Shown piece after piece: positions 22,720-35,236 of a DNA stretch of 64,000 bases; position 1 is the stretch's first letter; each line of letters begins with the position of its first letter. A model generated the notes under the pieces. It made no database searches. It was not told the origin of the DNA and was given only the letters and a program-made list of their open reading frames with translations. The position numbers and the translations under genes are program-made. Source of the stretch: Rebecca billardiae RCC1528 (taxonomy: Eukaryota; Protista; Haptophyta); the NCBI GenBank assembly GCA_965240325.2, contig OZ251222.1, positions 3,348,001 through 3,412,000 of the forward strand, given 5' to 3'.

Positions 22720-24840
22720 CTACTGCGTGAAGTAGTCTTCCACGCGCCCGCCTTTCTCCAGCGGCAGTGTGCTCAGGTTGGCGCATGGCTCGTACGCCTT
22801 CAGCTCGCCTCCGGTGCCGATCCGGTCCTTGCGCCGGAGCTTGAGCGGGAGCACAAGCGGAACACCGCGGCGCGCGCCAGGCTTCGACGCCGCGAGCTGC
22901 GAGCGCGACACGAGCTCGTCAAAGTCGCCGTGCAGGGCCGTGCACGCCACGGAGGGGCACGGCAGAAGGTGCGCCCGCGGGTCCCCCAGCGCGCCCGTGT
23001 CGAGCGGCGCCGGCTCGAACGCGGCGGCGCCCAGCGAGCGCAGGCAGGGCGCGTCACGCCGCAGCTGGCCGCTCGCTTGGAGTAGTCGGGCCGGCACAGC
23101 GGCGCGCGGCGTGCCCCTGACGACGCGCGGGGCGCGCCTGGCGCTCCTCGCGAGCCTGTGCGCGCGCGTGCCCGCCGCAGCCGCCCCCGCGCCCTCGCAC
23201 CGCTCCAGAAGCGCGCGTTGGCCGCCAGCGCGCACCGCGGCCGCAGCCCCCCGGGCGGCAGCAGTGGCTCGCCCGGGCGAGGGTGCGCCCAGCTCGATCG
23301 GAGCGTCGCCAAGAAGAATCCCGTCGCCGCCCGCCGTGCCCCAGAACGCGTCCTCGCGGTACCACCCGCGCCGCAGGTACCCCGTGCCCGGGAGGGGGCC
23401 GAGCACGACGTTGAGCACCGGCCGGGTGCGCAGCTCGTCCCGGCCGGCCAGCAGCTCGGCCGTCATCGGGCAGTACCAGCGCAGCAACGAGCCGACGTCA
23501 CGCGCGCGCTGGGCGGCGAAGCGGGAAGCGTCGGCCGCGAGCCCACGCGCTCCGCCGGAGAGTCGGCAGACGTGCTGTGGGCGCAGGAGCGCGCCGTGTC
23601 CGGCGGCCAAGTCTCGCTCGAGCGCGACGAGCAGGCACGACGGCGGACGGTCGGCACGGGCGGGATGGGCGCGCGCCCCCTCCGGGCATGCGCCTGAGAG
23701 CTGCTCCGCACACGCGCAGTGCGCCTGCAGGTGCGCGAGGCCTGGCCATGGCTGCCGGTTGGAGACGGAGCGCCCGTACCCCCACGCGTTGGTGATGGCG
23801 AGATTCCACCAGAACGCGAGCGACGACTCGGCTCGTGCGAGCTCCAAGGACGCACCTGTGGGCGCTCGGCCGGCAGCGCGCGCGCCTGTGCGCGCGTGGG
23901 CCTCTCGCGCGGCCGCGGCCGCGCGGACACCTTGCAGCGCGAGCTCGAACGGACGCGCGATGTCAGCCTCGTACGCGCCCGCAGAGGTGAGCAGCAGGAA
24001 GTCGCCCTGCGCGCGCGTCTCCATGGTGAGCACGAGGTGGCGGCCCAGGGCGCACCCATCGCGCAAGGAAGTGCCATTGGCCGCGGCATCCACACCCACA
24101 CCTCCGGCAGGGGAAGCAGTGCTGCCGGCGCGCGGCCGTCCGCCCGAGGCGTACGCGGCGTGGAGGTGGGCTTGGAGCCTGGCCACGTCAAAAGGCTCTT
24201 CGAGGAGTATGTCCGGGCGCAAGCGTATGACGAGCGCATCCTCAGCCACCGCCACGCCGGCCACGGCGGCAGCCCATCTCGCGACCGCCCACACCGCATG
24301 CCAGCCGAATGCCAACGCATCCGGGTAGCGATCCAGCGTGCCGGTGCGGCGCACGACGGCATACGCGAGCAGGGGACCGAACCGCGTGTGCCGAAGCACG
24401 TCGCGCGCGCGGAGCTCCCGCGCGCCCGAAGGCGGGACCACGCCATCGCGCAGCGCGGTCGCCTCGTACGCGCGCACATCGAGGGCGGTCGAGGAGAGCT
24501 CATCGGAGGTGCACGCGGCGACAGCGTAGCATCCCTTCGCGGCGCGCTCGGCGGCCGCGTGTAAGCGGTACTGCGTCTGTGTGAAGCCGCGCATCTGGCC
24601 CGGGAGGAGGAAGAGCACACGGGGCCAGCCACTGCAGGCTGTCGCGCTCGCGGCCGATAGGTCTGCCCAGCCACCGGGGGAGGCGTGCAGGACCGTTGCA
24701 TTGCCGTGCGGGCTACCCCACACGCCCTCGATCTGACCGCGCAGCTGTGCGTCGATCGTCCGCGTCCCACTCCCTCCCGCCAGCTGCCCGTGCAGCACGG
24801 CATATGATAGCAACGCGATGGCGACCAGGTCGCACGCCAT
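22720..24840 (-). CDS. Hypothetical secreted or type II membrane protein, possibly glycosyltransferase-like
   Basis: Hydrophobic N-terminus (MACDLVAIALLSYAVLHG). Motifs VLFLLPGQMRGF and LVIRLRPDILL. The function is inferred. Confidence 0.55.
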   Translation of the reverse strand: MACDLVAIALLSYAVLHGQLAGGSGTRTIDAQLRGQIEGVWGSPHGNATVLHASPGGWADLSAASATACSGWPRVLFLLPGQMRGFTQTQYRLHAAAERAAKGCYAVAACTSDELSSTALDVRAYEATALRDGVVPPSGARELRARDVLRHTRFGPLLAYAVVRRTGTLDRYPDALAFGWHAVWAVARWAAAVAGVAVAEDALVIRLRPDILLEEPFDVARLQAHLHAAYASGGRPRAGSTASPAGGVGVDAAANGTSLRDGCALGRHLVLTMETRAQGDFLLLTSAGAYEADIARPFELALQGVRAAAAAREAHARTGARAAGRAPTGASLELARAESSLAFWWNLAITNAWGYGRSVSNRQPWPGLAHLQAHCACAEQLSGACPEGARAHPARADRPPSCLLVALERDLAAGHGALLRPQHVCRLSGGARGLAADASRFAAQRARDVGSLLRWYCPMTAELLAGRDELRTRPVLNVVLGPLPGTGYLRRGWYREDAFWGTAGGDGILLGDAPIELGAPSPGRATAAARGAAAAVRAGGQRALLERCEGAGAAAAGTRAHRLARSARRAPRVVRGTPRAAVPARLLQASGQLRRDAPCLRSLGAAAFEPAPLDTGALGDPRAHLLPCPSVACTALHGDFDELVSRSQLAASKPGARRGVPLVLPLKLRRKDRIGTGGELKAYEPCANLSTLPLEKGGRVEDYFTQ

Positions 24841-24993
24841 CGCTGCTTTTCCTTCACCCACCGGCCGGCCGGCCTCCATCAGCCTCGATCCCGCAGGAGC
24901 CCGCAGCCGTCCGAGCGCCCACGGCTGGCGACGAGCATGGCGCCGGCCCTCCCAACATCCCGAGGCGGGCAAGGCCGCTTCTCGCGTCGAGGG

Positions 24994-25947
24994 ATGAAGT
25001 TGCCATGGACAAAGAGTGAGGCGAAGGCAGGCACGAGCACGCGCTTCCCGTCGTTGGCCTCCCGACTTCCAGGCAGGCGCAAGCGACCGGTTGGCGGTGG
25101 AAGCATGAGCGGTGGCGCAGGTGGCTCAGAGCTTGCGATCTCTGCAAAGAAGCACTCGCTGGGAATTCTTCTCGTCGTGATTTGTCTCGTTGATGGCATC
25201 AGTGGCTTCATCTTCGTCATCTTGGCTGCCAGCCTGTGGGTGGCAGCTGCATCGCCTGATGACTTGGACGGCCCTGTCAACTCCTCGGCCTCCTCGGCCG
25301 ACGACGGCTTTGACAATGATGAGGGCCAAGAGCGGGGCGAGGACGCGCTCTTCGCCGATGGAGTGTCGTCAGGCGAGGCCGGTGCGCTTGGGCTCGTGCT
25401 CTTCGTTCTCGGCGCATTCATGCTCGCCATCGCCACCATCACCGCCTCGGCGGCGCGCGGGACCGGGACGCGTACGCGGTGCGAGAGGCTGAGCTCGATG
25501 GCGCTCACGTCGTCTGCGTGGCTCACGCTGCCCCGCGCAACGGCACTGCTGGTGCTGTGCTTCTACGCGCTCGTTCGAGCGCCGAACGCCAGCGCGCTCC
25601 TTTGCCGGCACAGCGACGCTGTGCTCCGCGGCTGCACATCGAGCCCCCGGCTCGTGGGCAGCCTGTTCGCCCTCACGCTCGCTGCCGTCCAACTGTGCGA
25701 GCTGTGCGCTGTGCGCGCATTCAACGCGGCCGTGCGCGCAAGTGCGGAGCGCTATGCGCAGATGACCGAGATGGAGAGCATCACCGATCGTATTGCGCGT
25801 GAGGAGAGGCGAGCCAACATCTCCTCGAAGCACAACGCCCTTCGTGAGAAGTACCGCGCGCGCGGCTGGATTCCGAGTGACGGCGCAGACGCCGGTGGAG
25901 CTGCTCATGCTGGCGGCACGACAGCAGCAGCGGCGACAAGGGCCTGA
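24994..25947 (+). CDS. Four-TM tetraspanin/TOM2A-like membrane protein (start uncertain: 24937, 24994 or 25105)
   Basis: Four hydrophobic segments, an acidic loop and a charged C-tail containing LREKY. Confidence 0.55.
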   Translation: MKLPWTKSEAKAGTSTRFPSLASRLPGRRKRPVGGGSMSGGAGGSELAISAKKHSLGILLVVICLVDGISGFIFVILAASLWVAAASPDDLDGPVNSSASSADDGFDNDEGQERGEDALFADGVSSGEAGALGLVLFVLGAFMLAIATITASAARGTGTRTRCERLSSMALTSSAWLTLPRATALLVLCFYALVRAPNASALLCRHSDAVLRGCTSSPRLVGSLFALTLAAVQLCELCAVRAFNAAVRASAERYAQMTEMESITDRIAREERRANISSKHNALREKYRARGWIPSDGADAGGAAHAGGTTAAAATRA

Positions 25948-26160
25948 CTGAGACTCGCCGCGCAGGCGCGCACACGCACGTTCGTCGTACCGTACGATGA
26001 CTCATCATCATCAGCGCCGAACAGTGCTGACGATGATCCGGACGCACCGCCATATATATATATCTGGCGGCTGAGAAGTGAGACGATGAGTGAGCTAGCG
26101 AGGCAGACTTATTAGCAGTTATTCGCGTGGCCCAGTCACTGTCGTCTGTCAGACTTTGCC

Positions 26161-28722
26161 TCACTCAAACTCGGACCACGAGAAGCCATCCGCCTCTGGC
26201 GCGAGGGAGAAGAAGACGTGGTCGCGGATGGGGTCCTCGGGGTCGATGCCAAGCCGCTCGTCCTTGGCGACGGCGACGAGCTGCGCGACAAACAGCTTGA
26301 GGTCCATCGACGCGTGCGCCATCTCCATCACACGCGCCGAGCGGTCGGGCCGGTCCCGGATCGCGGCGTACACGCTCTCGACGGTCGGGCCGTCGAAGAG
26401 GCGCTGTGTCGTGACGAGCTCGTAGATGACGCAGCCCAGCGCCCAGTACTCGGACGCGAACGAGTAGTCGCTCGCGGTGACCACCTCTGGCGCCATGTAG
26501 GGCGGTGTGCCCACGCGCGTCGCCTGCTCGGCCTGCTCGGTGCTCGAGTTGCGACGGACCGCCGCGCCCCCGCCCGAGCTGCCGCCGTCCTGCACGGCCT
26601 GGCCGACCGAGTCAAGCGCCGAGACGCCGACCGTGGTCCCGAGGCCCTGCGAGTTGGAGCTGCCCCGGCGCACGTAGAAGGACTTGGCCTTCGCGCCGGC
26701 CTTGGAGGGCGAGGACGGCAGGGCGGGCGAGCCCGGCGAGCCCGGCGAGCCGCCGCCTTCCGAGTCCTTCAGCTCGAGCGTGTTCGGCCGCTGCGCGAGG
26801 GAGACGGCGTTGGGCGTGGGGTCGATGGGCGCGGTGTCGCGCGTGGCGCCCTTGCGCACGCACAGCGCCCTGCGCATCGCGCCCGGGCTCTCGAAGGGCG
26901 GCAGCGGCCCCTCGGCGCCGTCCTCGGCCGCGCGCGCCTTGCTCGAGTCGGACGCGCGCCGCGGGGCGGCCGGCCGCAGCCGCGAGGTGGACATCGAGAC
27001 GCGGCGCTCCGCCTGGCGCTCGTCGGCGGCGGAGGGCGTGGGCACGGCGGGCGAGTCGGCGGCGGGCGCCGCGCCGCTTGCCTGCAGCGCCGCGGCGGCC
27101 GCCTCTCGCGCGAAGCAGCTCGGCCGCATCGTCGCAGAGTTGCTGCGCGAGCCTCGGTTGGACGCCGACACGGCGCGCGACTTGCGCCGCGCGCGCGCCT
27201 CCGCGCGGTAACGGTCGCGCACGGCGATAAGGGCGGAGCTGAGCGCGGCGCTCGCGCGGTCGAGCCTCGCGTCAGACAGCGGTGCAAAGAGGAAGTCCTG
27301 CACCAGGCCCTGCTCCAGCCAGCCCAGCACCGCGGAGAACGGCACGCTGGCCGCGGCGGCGCGCGGCTCGGCGACGAACGAGCCGCCGGCCTGCCGCTCC
27401 GCGTGCTCCGCGCGCTCCAGCCGCACCTGCAGCACCGCGGAGTCGACGGTGGCCGCGCGCAGCGGGCTGGGCGGCACGGCCGCCCGGGTGGGCATCAGCT
27501 GCGGCGAGCGCCCCGTCGCCGGCGAGTGCTGCTCCGCGCTGCGCGGCACGAGCACGACGATCGGCGAGTCCGCGTGGGAGAGGAGCCAGCGCACGGGCGG
27601 GGAGCGCTGCGGCCGCAGCGGGTCGAGGCCCGAGGAGGCGGCCGGGGAGCCGCCGACCCCGCCGCCGTTGGGCGCGAGGCGCAGCTCGTGCGGCTCGGCC
27701 AGCTCGCTCGCGTCGACCAGGATCACGTCTGCGATGATGCGCGTCATCGTCGGCCCGCTCGTGTGCAGCTCGTGCAGGTGGGACAGCGAGTTGTACGGGC
27801 TGACGACCACGCCGAGGTCGGTGAGCACGAGCGCCGTCTCTTGCGCGTTCGGGCTGACGAGGACGACGCGCATGATCGGCTGCGCGCTCGCCGAGTGCGG
27901 CCGCGCCAGCGTGCCCGACTTTGCGACCGAGTGCGTCCAGCGCGGGCCCATCACCTTCTGAAGCGTCGTGAGCGCACCAAACGCGCCCAGCTCGGGCACC
28001 GACGGGCGCCGCTGCGCGAGCGGCGAGGGCGCGTCGGCGCCGCCGGCGGCGTCGGCGCCGGCGGCCGCGGCGGGCAGCTGCATCGGCGGCGGCGGCGGCT
28101 CGCTGTTTGCGCGCTGCATCGGCGGCGAGGGCGGGTCGCCGTGCGCGCCCTCCTCCGCGAGCCCCTGCACAATCACCGAGAGCCCAAAGTCGACGATCTT
28201 GATCGTGTACTCGCCCACCAGGATGGCGTTCTCCGGCTTGATGTCGCGGTGCAGCACGCCCAGCGAGTGGATGCACTCGAGCGCGAGGACGAACTGCGCG
28301 GCGATCTTGCGCACCGTCGCCTCGGGCACGCGCACAAAGCGCGGCCGGTTGCACAGCTCGGAGAGAGGCACACCCTTCACGTACTCGAGGACGAGGTGGA
28401 TCGTGTCCGCCTCGGGCACGACCTGCAGCAGCCGCACGATCTGCTTGCCGCGCAGCGAGGCGAGGATCTTGAGCTCCGCCTGCACGTGCTCCATCTGCAG
28501 CGTCGACTTGCGCAGCGTCTTGATCGCCACGCGCTCGCCGGTCGTCATCGACGTGCCAAGCCGCACGCGCGAGAAGGCGCCGCGCCCAAGCGGCCGGCCG
28601 ATGATGTACTGCAGGTGCAGCGTGGTGGGCGCGCCGTCCGAGACGGAGAGCGAGTCCTGGCCGGTGCGGTGGTACGCGAACACCACCAGCACCGCCTCCG
28701 TCGCGACGGGCGCGCTCGCGCC

Positions 28723-28759
<37 letters not shown>

Positions 28760-31700
28760 CCAAACGAGCCCCCGAGCGCCTCCGCCACCGAGCGCGCGAC
28801 CAGCGGCGAGCCGCGCCCGCCGGCGACGAGCGGCGAGCCGCGGCGCGCCGAGCCCGAGCCGAATGAGCCGTCGCCCTTCGCGCCGGGCGTCTCGAGCGAC
28901 AAGCGCGCGCCGCGGCTCAGCCGCGACTGCCGGATCTCCTGCCGGATGTCCTTGGAGCCGCGCGCGCCGCGCGCCCCGGCCGCGGCGTGCGGCTGCGGCA
29001 GCACGACGCGCTCGTCGTGCACGCGCGCGATGCGCGCAAAGCACAGGCGCTGCTTGAGCGGGCGCGAGAGCGCGGCCGCCTGCGCGCCCGAGAGCACCAC
29101 CGCGACGCCCAGGTCGCGCGTCGACGGCTCGGCGCGCTCGAGCGTGTCGAACGGCCGGCCCCACGCGCAGTACGCCAGCCGCTCGCCCGCGACCAACACG
29201 CCTCGCACGAGCGTGCCGTAAGTGATCGAGACCGTCACCTGCAGCCCGACGCGGTGCCGGTCGTTGAAGAGCTGCAGCGCGCGCTCGAACTTGTCGACGA
29301 GGAGCAGGCACGTCTGCAGCGCCTCGTTCAGCGCGCGCGGCTCGAACGGCGCCTCGTCGTCCGCAGGCGCGGGCAGCTGCCTGGCGGCCGCGCCCGGCGA
29401 GCCCGCGCCCGCGCTGCCGCAGCGCTCGGCCGCGCCGCCGCCGCTCGCCGCCGCGCCGCCGCGGCCGCTGCCGCCGTTGCCGCCGGCCGCCGTCCCGCAC
29501 GCGCTGGGCGGGTTGGACGGGTTGGACGCGGAGCAGAACGACGACGGCAGGGACGCGGGCTCGGAGGTGTGCTCGTGGCGCGAGTGGAAGGAGGAGGCGC
29601 GCACGTCCCGATCGTCCGCGCCCGCGTGCCTGAACCTGCCCGAGGCACACTCGGGAGAGCCCGAGCCGGAGCCGCTGCCGCCCGCGCCCGCGGAGCGCGG
29701 GGTGCGGAGCGGCGGGAGCGTCGAGAGCGCGCTCGTGAGCGAGTCCTGCCGGCTCCCACGCCCGCCGGACGGGGCGGACGAGACGACCGAGTTGACGCGC
29801 TCGTCACGCGAGCCGGAGCGATCCTCGCGCGGGCCTGGCGCGGGCTCTGCGGCGCGCGTGCGCGCCGGCCGCCTCGGCGTCGGGTGGACGAGCAGCAGGT
29901 ACTCGGAGCTCAGCCCGAACGTGCTCGCCTTCTCGCAGCGCGCCGTGTCCTCCAGCAGCGCGTCGAGCATCGCGTACAGCTCGGTGTACACGGTGAGCAC
30001 GTCCGAGGCGGAGAGCAGCTTGTACAGGGACGCCTCGCCCGCGAGCCGCACCGCAATCAGCCCCGTGTCCACCGCAGCCATGTCCGACTTCTCGAGCGCC
30101 GAGAGCGTGAGCGGGAAGGAGCGCGGCAGCAGCGAGCGCTGCAGGGCGAGCTCGTTGCGCACGCGCTCCGCGAGCTCGGCGCGCGCGACCGCCCCCTCCA
30201 GCTCCGTCCAGACGAAGGAGACGGCCTCGCCCGCGCTCACGTGCTTGGCGTGCGCGCTCAGCGCGAGCGCGAGCGCGCCGCCGCCGAGCGCGCGCGCCGC
30301 GAGCGAGCCGCCCTCCGCACCCGCGTGCAGCTCGAGGGCGCCGCGCGCCGCGAGCGCGCCCGCGAGCGCGCCCGCGCCGCCGAGCGCGCCCGCGCTCGCC
30401 GCGCCGCCGTGGCCGAGCACGCTGAGCGCGGGCAGCTTGGCCGCCGCCCACAGCAAAAGGGCCGTCCACGCGCCGACCGCGACGCGCAGCGCGGCGTGCG
30501 CGGCCGGGTGGCGGTCGTCGAGCAGCAGGACGAGGCACAGGGCGCGCGCGAGCGCGAGGGCGCACAGCGCGCACAGCGCCGCGCCAAACGCGTGCGCACC
30601 CGCGCGCTCGGCCAGCGCGCGCCCCGCCGCCGCGTCGGCGAGCGGCTGCTGCTCGGACGCGCCCATGCGCGACGCGGACGTCGGGCTGCTGCGCTGCGCC
30701 GAGCGGGCCGGTGAGCCGAGGAAGCGAGGGGACGCCATCGAGGCCGAGGCGAGGGAGGCGGCGTCGTCCGCCGTCGCCGAGCGGGCGGGGGAGCGCGGGC
30801 GCTCCACGCTGCTGCTGCCGCCCGTGTCAGACATGCGCCCGAGCGTGCCCGAGCCGCTGCCCAGCGCGAGGTGCTCGTCCGACTCGCGCGGACTCGGCGG
30901 CGCGGGCTGGACGCCTGAGGCGCGGCCACTTGCGAGCCGGCTGACTGCGGGCTCGGAGGAGGCGAGGACGCGCGCGACCGCGCGCGGCATCTGCGGCGAA
31001 GGGACGAGCGGGGCGCTCGTCGTCGCCCAGGACACGCCGTCGCCGGAGGAACACGCGCCCGCGCTGCCGCGTGAGTCGCGCCCGGCCGCCACGCCGCCGC
31101 CATGGCTGCCGGAGCGCCGCTCGGCGTCGCTGCCGCCCGACGCGCCGCACGTCGCCTCCGAGACGCGCTCCCAGCGCAGCTTGCGCGACTGCGAGCCGGT
31201 CGCGCCGGACGCGGTGACGAGGCGGTATCGGTCGGTGAGTACCGCGACAGGCGCGGAGGTCCGCACCGAGCTGCTCGCGCGGCGCACCGCGCGCCTCAGC
31301 CTGCCGAGGGCGGCCAGGATGCGCAGGCGCGCCGAGGGCGGCACCGCGCGCACGAGCCGCCCGCCGAGCGCCGCGCCGAGCGCCATCGCGCCGAGCATCC
31401 CCACCGTCGCCCAGAGCAGCGCGGCGTGCACGGCGCGCAGCGCGTGCGGGGCGGCGCTCGCGCAGAGGCCGCGCGCGCACGGGTCCGCGCCCGCGAGCGC
31501 GAGCAGCGCGAGCTGCAGCGCGGCGCTGAGCGCGATCTGCACGCGCGGCTCGTCCGCGCCCTCACAGACCCACAGCACGTGCGTGCGCATGCGCTGCGCC
31601 AGCCGCTCGTGCACAAAGTACGGGTCGATGGCGAGCCACAGCGCGGAGGCGGCGCATGGCGCGCGCAGGCGGAGTAGGAGGCGCGCGCGCACGTTCGCGC

Positions 31701-34700
31701 TCAGCCAGCGGTGCAGCGCCGCGTTGGAGGAGGAGGACGCCTCGTGAGCCCCCCGGCTGCGCTCGGGCTCGGCCGCGCCGCCCTGCCCGCGCAGGGCCGC
31801 CTGCACCGTCACCGCCTTGTGCGCGCTCGAGCCCTCCGCCTCGCTGGCCACGCTCGTCCGGTCGCTGCGCGAGCACGACATGGAGCCGTCCGCGCCCGGC
31901 GAGACGAGCAGCTCCGAGGAGGCGGAGGGGAGGGCGAGCATCGAGCCGGGCGGCGAGGAGGGCGTCGAGGGCTCGGCGAGAGCGAAGCGCACGCGCCCGG
32001 TGGCGGACGCCTGCCGCTCGACCCCCGGCTCGACGCCGCTTGGCGCGCAGCCGGCGGTGCTCGCCGCGCACGCGGCCATCGCCGCGGCCGGCGACGTCAC
32101 GCCGCCGCCACCGCCGTGCGCACTCTCGCCCCGGAGGCTCGCCGAGCCGCCGAGTGCCGGCGCGTCGACGTCGGCGCCGCCCGACGCCTCTCTCTCGATC
32201 AGCAGCGGCGACGGCATGCCGAGCGGCGAGGGCGCAATCACCGTCTTCGTCGCGAGCGCCGAGAGCTGCGGCGAGGCGAGCGGCGACGGCCGACGCCCGG
32301 CCGCGGGCGAGATCCGACTCGCCGGCGGGCGCCGCGGCGGTTTGCCGAAGCTGCCCCCGCCCGCGAGGTCGCCGAGCGCGTCCGGCTCCGCCTCGTCCCG
32401 CACCTCGTCCCGCACCTCGTCCGCGCCAGCCCCCAGCTGGAGCGTGATGGTCGGGGAGCCGGGCGCGGGCGGGTCGAGAGAGGCGAAGGACGGGCGATCG
32501 GACGTGCCCGTGGGTGAGTTGGGCTCGGCGGAGCGGGCGCTCGCGCAGCTCTCGCGGCGCGTGCTGCTGCAGCTGCCGCGCCCGCTGCCGCCGGCGGCTT
32601 CGCAGCTGTCGCGCCGCGAGCTGAGGCCGCTGCCGCGCGCGCTGCCGCGGCCGCTGCCGCCGTTGTCGCGCTCGGCCTCTGCGCCGCCGGGCACGCTCTC
32701 CGCGTCGTCGGAGCTGTTGCGAGAGCGCCTGGCGAACGTGACCGTCCCCTCGCCCTGCGCCTCCGCCCGGGTCGGGTCCTCGCTCGTGCTCCGTCGCAGG
32801 ATGGAGGGCGGGTTCGGGTGTGACGAGCCGGCCGACGACGAGGGCCGCGGCGAGGACGGAGTCACGCGCACCGACGTGCCGGCGGCGGCAAGGAGGCCGC
32901 GGCCGAACGAGAGCTGGCGCCCACGCCCGCGGCCCGGGCTGGTCGCGCGGCCCGGGCTGGTCGCGCGGGCTGGGCTCGTCGCGCGCCCCGGGCTGCGACC
33001 CCTCGCGCCGCGGCCCGGGCTCTCCGCGCGCACCGCGCCCTCGAGCCACGCCTGGTCGTACATGGGCTCACGCCAGAGCGCGCCGCCCTCGGGCTCAGAG
33101 AGGAGCGCGGAGGAGGCGAGCGAGAGGTCGGCCTCGCGCTCGTGCAGCAGCGCGCGCGCGCGCTCGAGCCGCGAGGTGAACGCGATGCCCGATGCCGAGG
33201 CCGCGTGCGTCAGCACCGAGGGCGGCGGCTGCGTGCGCCCACCGCGCCGCGCGAGCGCGACTCCGTCTGAGACGGTGCGCGCCGCGCGCGTCGCGCCACG
33301 ACGCGAGAAGGGCGAGTAGGGCGCCTTGGGGCCCTCGCTGGCGCCGTGCGTGGCGGCGCCCGCGTCGTCGGGCTCGGCCGACCTGCCCGGCGCCGGCTCG
33401 AGCTCGTCGTCGAGCACGCCCACCACGAGCAGCCCCGTGGGCACGAGCAGCACCTCTGACAGCACCGCGTGCAGCTGCTGCAGCGAGGGCGGCACCGCCG
33501 AGCTCGCGCCCGAGCCCGGGCTGAGGTTGGGCTCGGCGCTCCCCGCCTCCGCGCCCGCGAGGAGCACCGCGCTGGCGGCCGTGGCGCGCGTGGACGCGTC
33601 GGCGAAGGTGCGCAGCTTGAAGCGCGACTCGCGCTCGCGCTCGCGCAGCAGCGCCGCCGTCGTCTCGGTGAGGATCACCCCGCTCTGCTTGCGCCCGAGC
33701 TCGCGCGCCACCGCGGGCATCAGCCCGGAGAGGGCGGACGCCGCCTTGACCGCGTCGCCCCACACGCCGAACGAGGCGCCGGAGGTGGAGAGCTTCGAGG
33801 CGAAGCCCTCGACGACGTGGCCGCAGTGCAGCCCGATGCAGATGTGCGAGCCCCACCATCCGTCCGCATCCGCCGCGCCGCCGTGCGCCGCGCCGCCCGA
33901 CGCCGAGGTCGGCTCAGCGCGCTCCGGGACGGTCGCGGCCTCCGTGCCGAAGAGCATTCGGTGCGTGCGCACGACGGCCATCGCCGCCTCGAGCCCCGCG
34001 ATCACGTCCTTGCTCGGCGAGCTCCGCGCCGAGCGCGACGTCGCGACGAGCGCCGTGCTCGAGATCTGCACGAGCGCGAACTTGTGCCGCGAGAGCTGGC
34101 GCTGCGCGACCGTGAAGAGGTGGGCAAGCAGCTCGGCCGTGCGCAGCGCCATCTCGCGCGAGGAGCCGAAGCGCACGTTGAGCCCGTGCACGCGGCAGTG
34201 CAGCACGACGACGAACTCGTGCCGCAGCACGAGCGGCGTGTTCGACTCGCCGCCGTCGTCCGCGCCCGCCGCCGTGCGCGCGCGCCGTGCGGCGACCTCG
34301 TCGAGAACGGCCGTGTACGCTGAGCGCGGCAGCGTGACGGCGAGCAGCCGGTCCGCCTTGTCCGCGGCGGTCGCCAGGTCGTGGCGCGCCTGGCGCGTCT
34401 CGAGCGAGATCTGCGCGCGTGATCCGGTCAGAGAGCCACGCCGACGGACCAGGTTCGCGCGCGCGCGCGCGCGCGCGCACAGCGGGCAGGGAGCCGGGGT
34501 AGGCAGGTGCGCGGGTGAGCGTGCCGTCAGGACGTGGCAACAGGTGCGCGCGCAGAGCGCGCGAGCCGCGCGTGGCGGGGCGGGCCGCGGGTGTGCCGCG
34601 CGCGCGCACCACGAAGTACAGGCGCTCTGCGCGTTCTCGCGAGAAGGCGACCGTGCCGACGGCGCTCACGAAGAGCGCCAGCGCGCACCAGCCGCCGCAG

Positions 34701-35236
34701 GTGTCAAAGAGCGACGGCAGCGCGGCGCTCGGTGTCGACTCCACCACCGCCTGCACCGCGTGCGCGCCGTAGCCGATCGTGGTGAGGGCGAGGAGCGGAA
34801 GGGAGTGCCGCACGACGAGAGGAGACGACGCAAGCGCCGCCTTCGCCGCGAGCGGCGGCAACGTGTCCACGAGCAACGTGGGCGCCTCGTACAGGCGCTC
34901 GAGCGCGACGATCAGGATGATGGTGAGCGCGTGCGGCACGGAGGCGCACAGCTCGCACGAGCGGAGCGAGAGCCTGAAGCGCTGGCTCCACGCCACACTC
35001 GAGGAGAATCGCTCGAGGAGAAGCCAGGCGGCGACGATGTGCCATGCGCTCAGGCCCAGCCTCTGCTCTGAGCGGAGCGCGCCACCCGTCGGTGGGCTCA
35101 CCAACGCTGCGGCGAGTGCCCACGCCGCCATGAGTGCGTCGAAGGCCAGCGAGGTGGCGCGGCATCGTCGGCGCCTATACAACGCCTCCTGGTCCTCGTC
35201 GTCAAAGCACAGGAGCCCGGGCGGCGCCGCCCACAT
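26161..35236 (-). CDS. Giant membrane protein: TM bundle - class III cyclase-like - TM bundle - cyclase-like - Ser/Thr kinase with a very long activation-segment insert; exons 35236-34610 and 34410-26161
   Basis: A 199-bp GTGCGC...GCAG intron gives ERAERLYFV|ISLE...ADRLLAVTLP. Cyclase-like motifs IGLHCGHVVEG...FGVWGDAV and VSITYGTLVRGVL...AYCAWG. Kinase motifs GRGAFSRV, VAIK, HRDIKPEN, DFG and GTPPYMAPE. Confidence 0.85.

Noticed and set aside
14599-35071. Long antisense and alternative-frame ORFs over THADA and the kinase gene
   Set aside because: These are expected shadows of extreme GC3 bias; only one frame carries conserved motifs.
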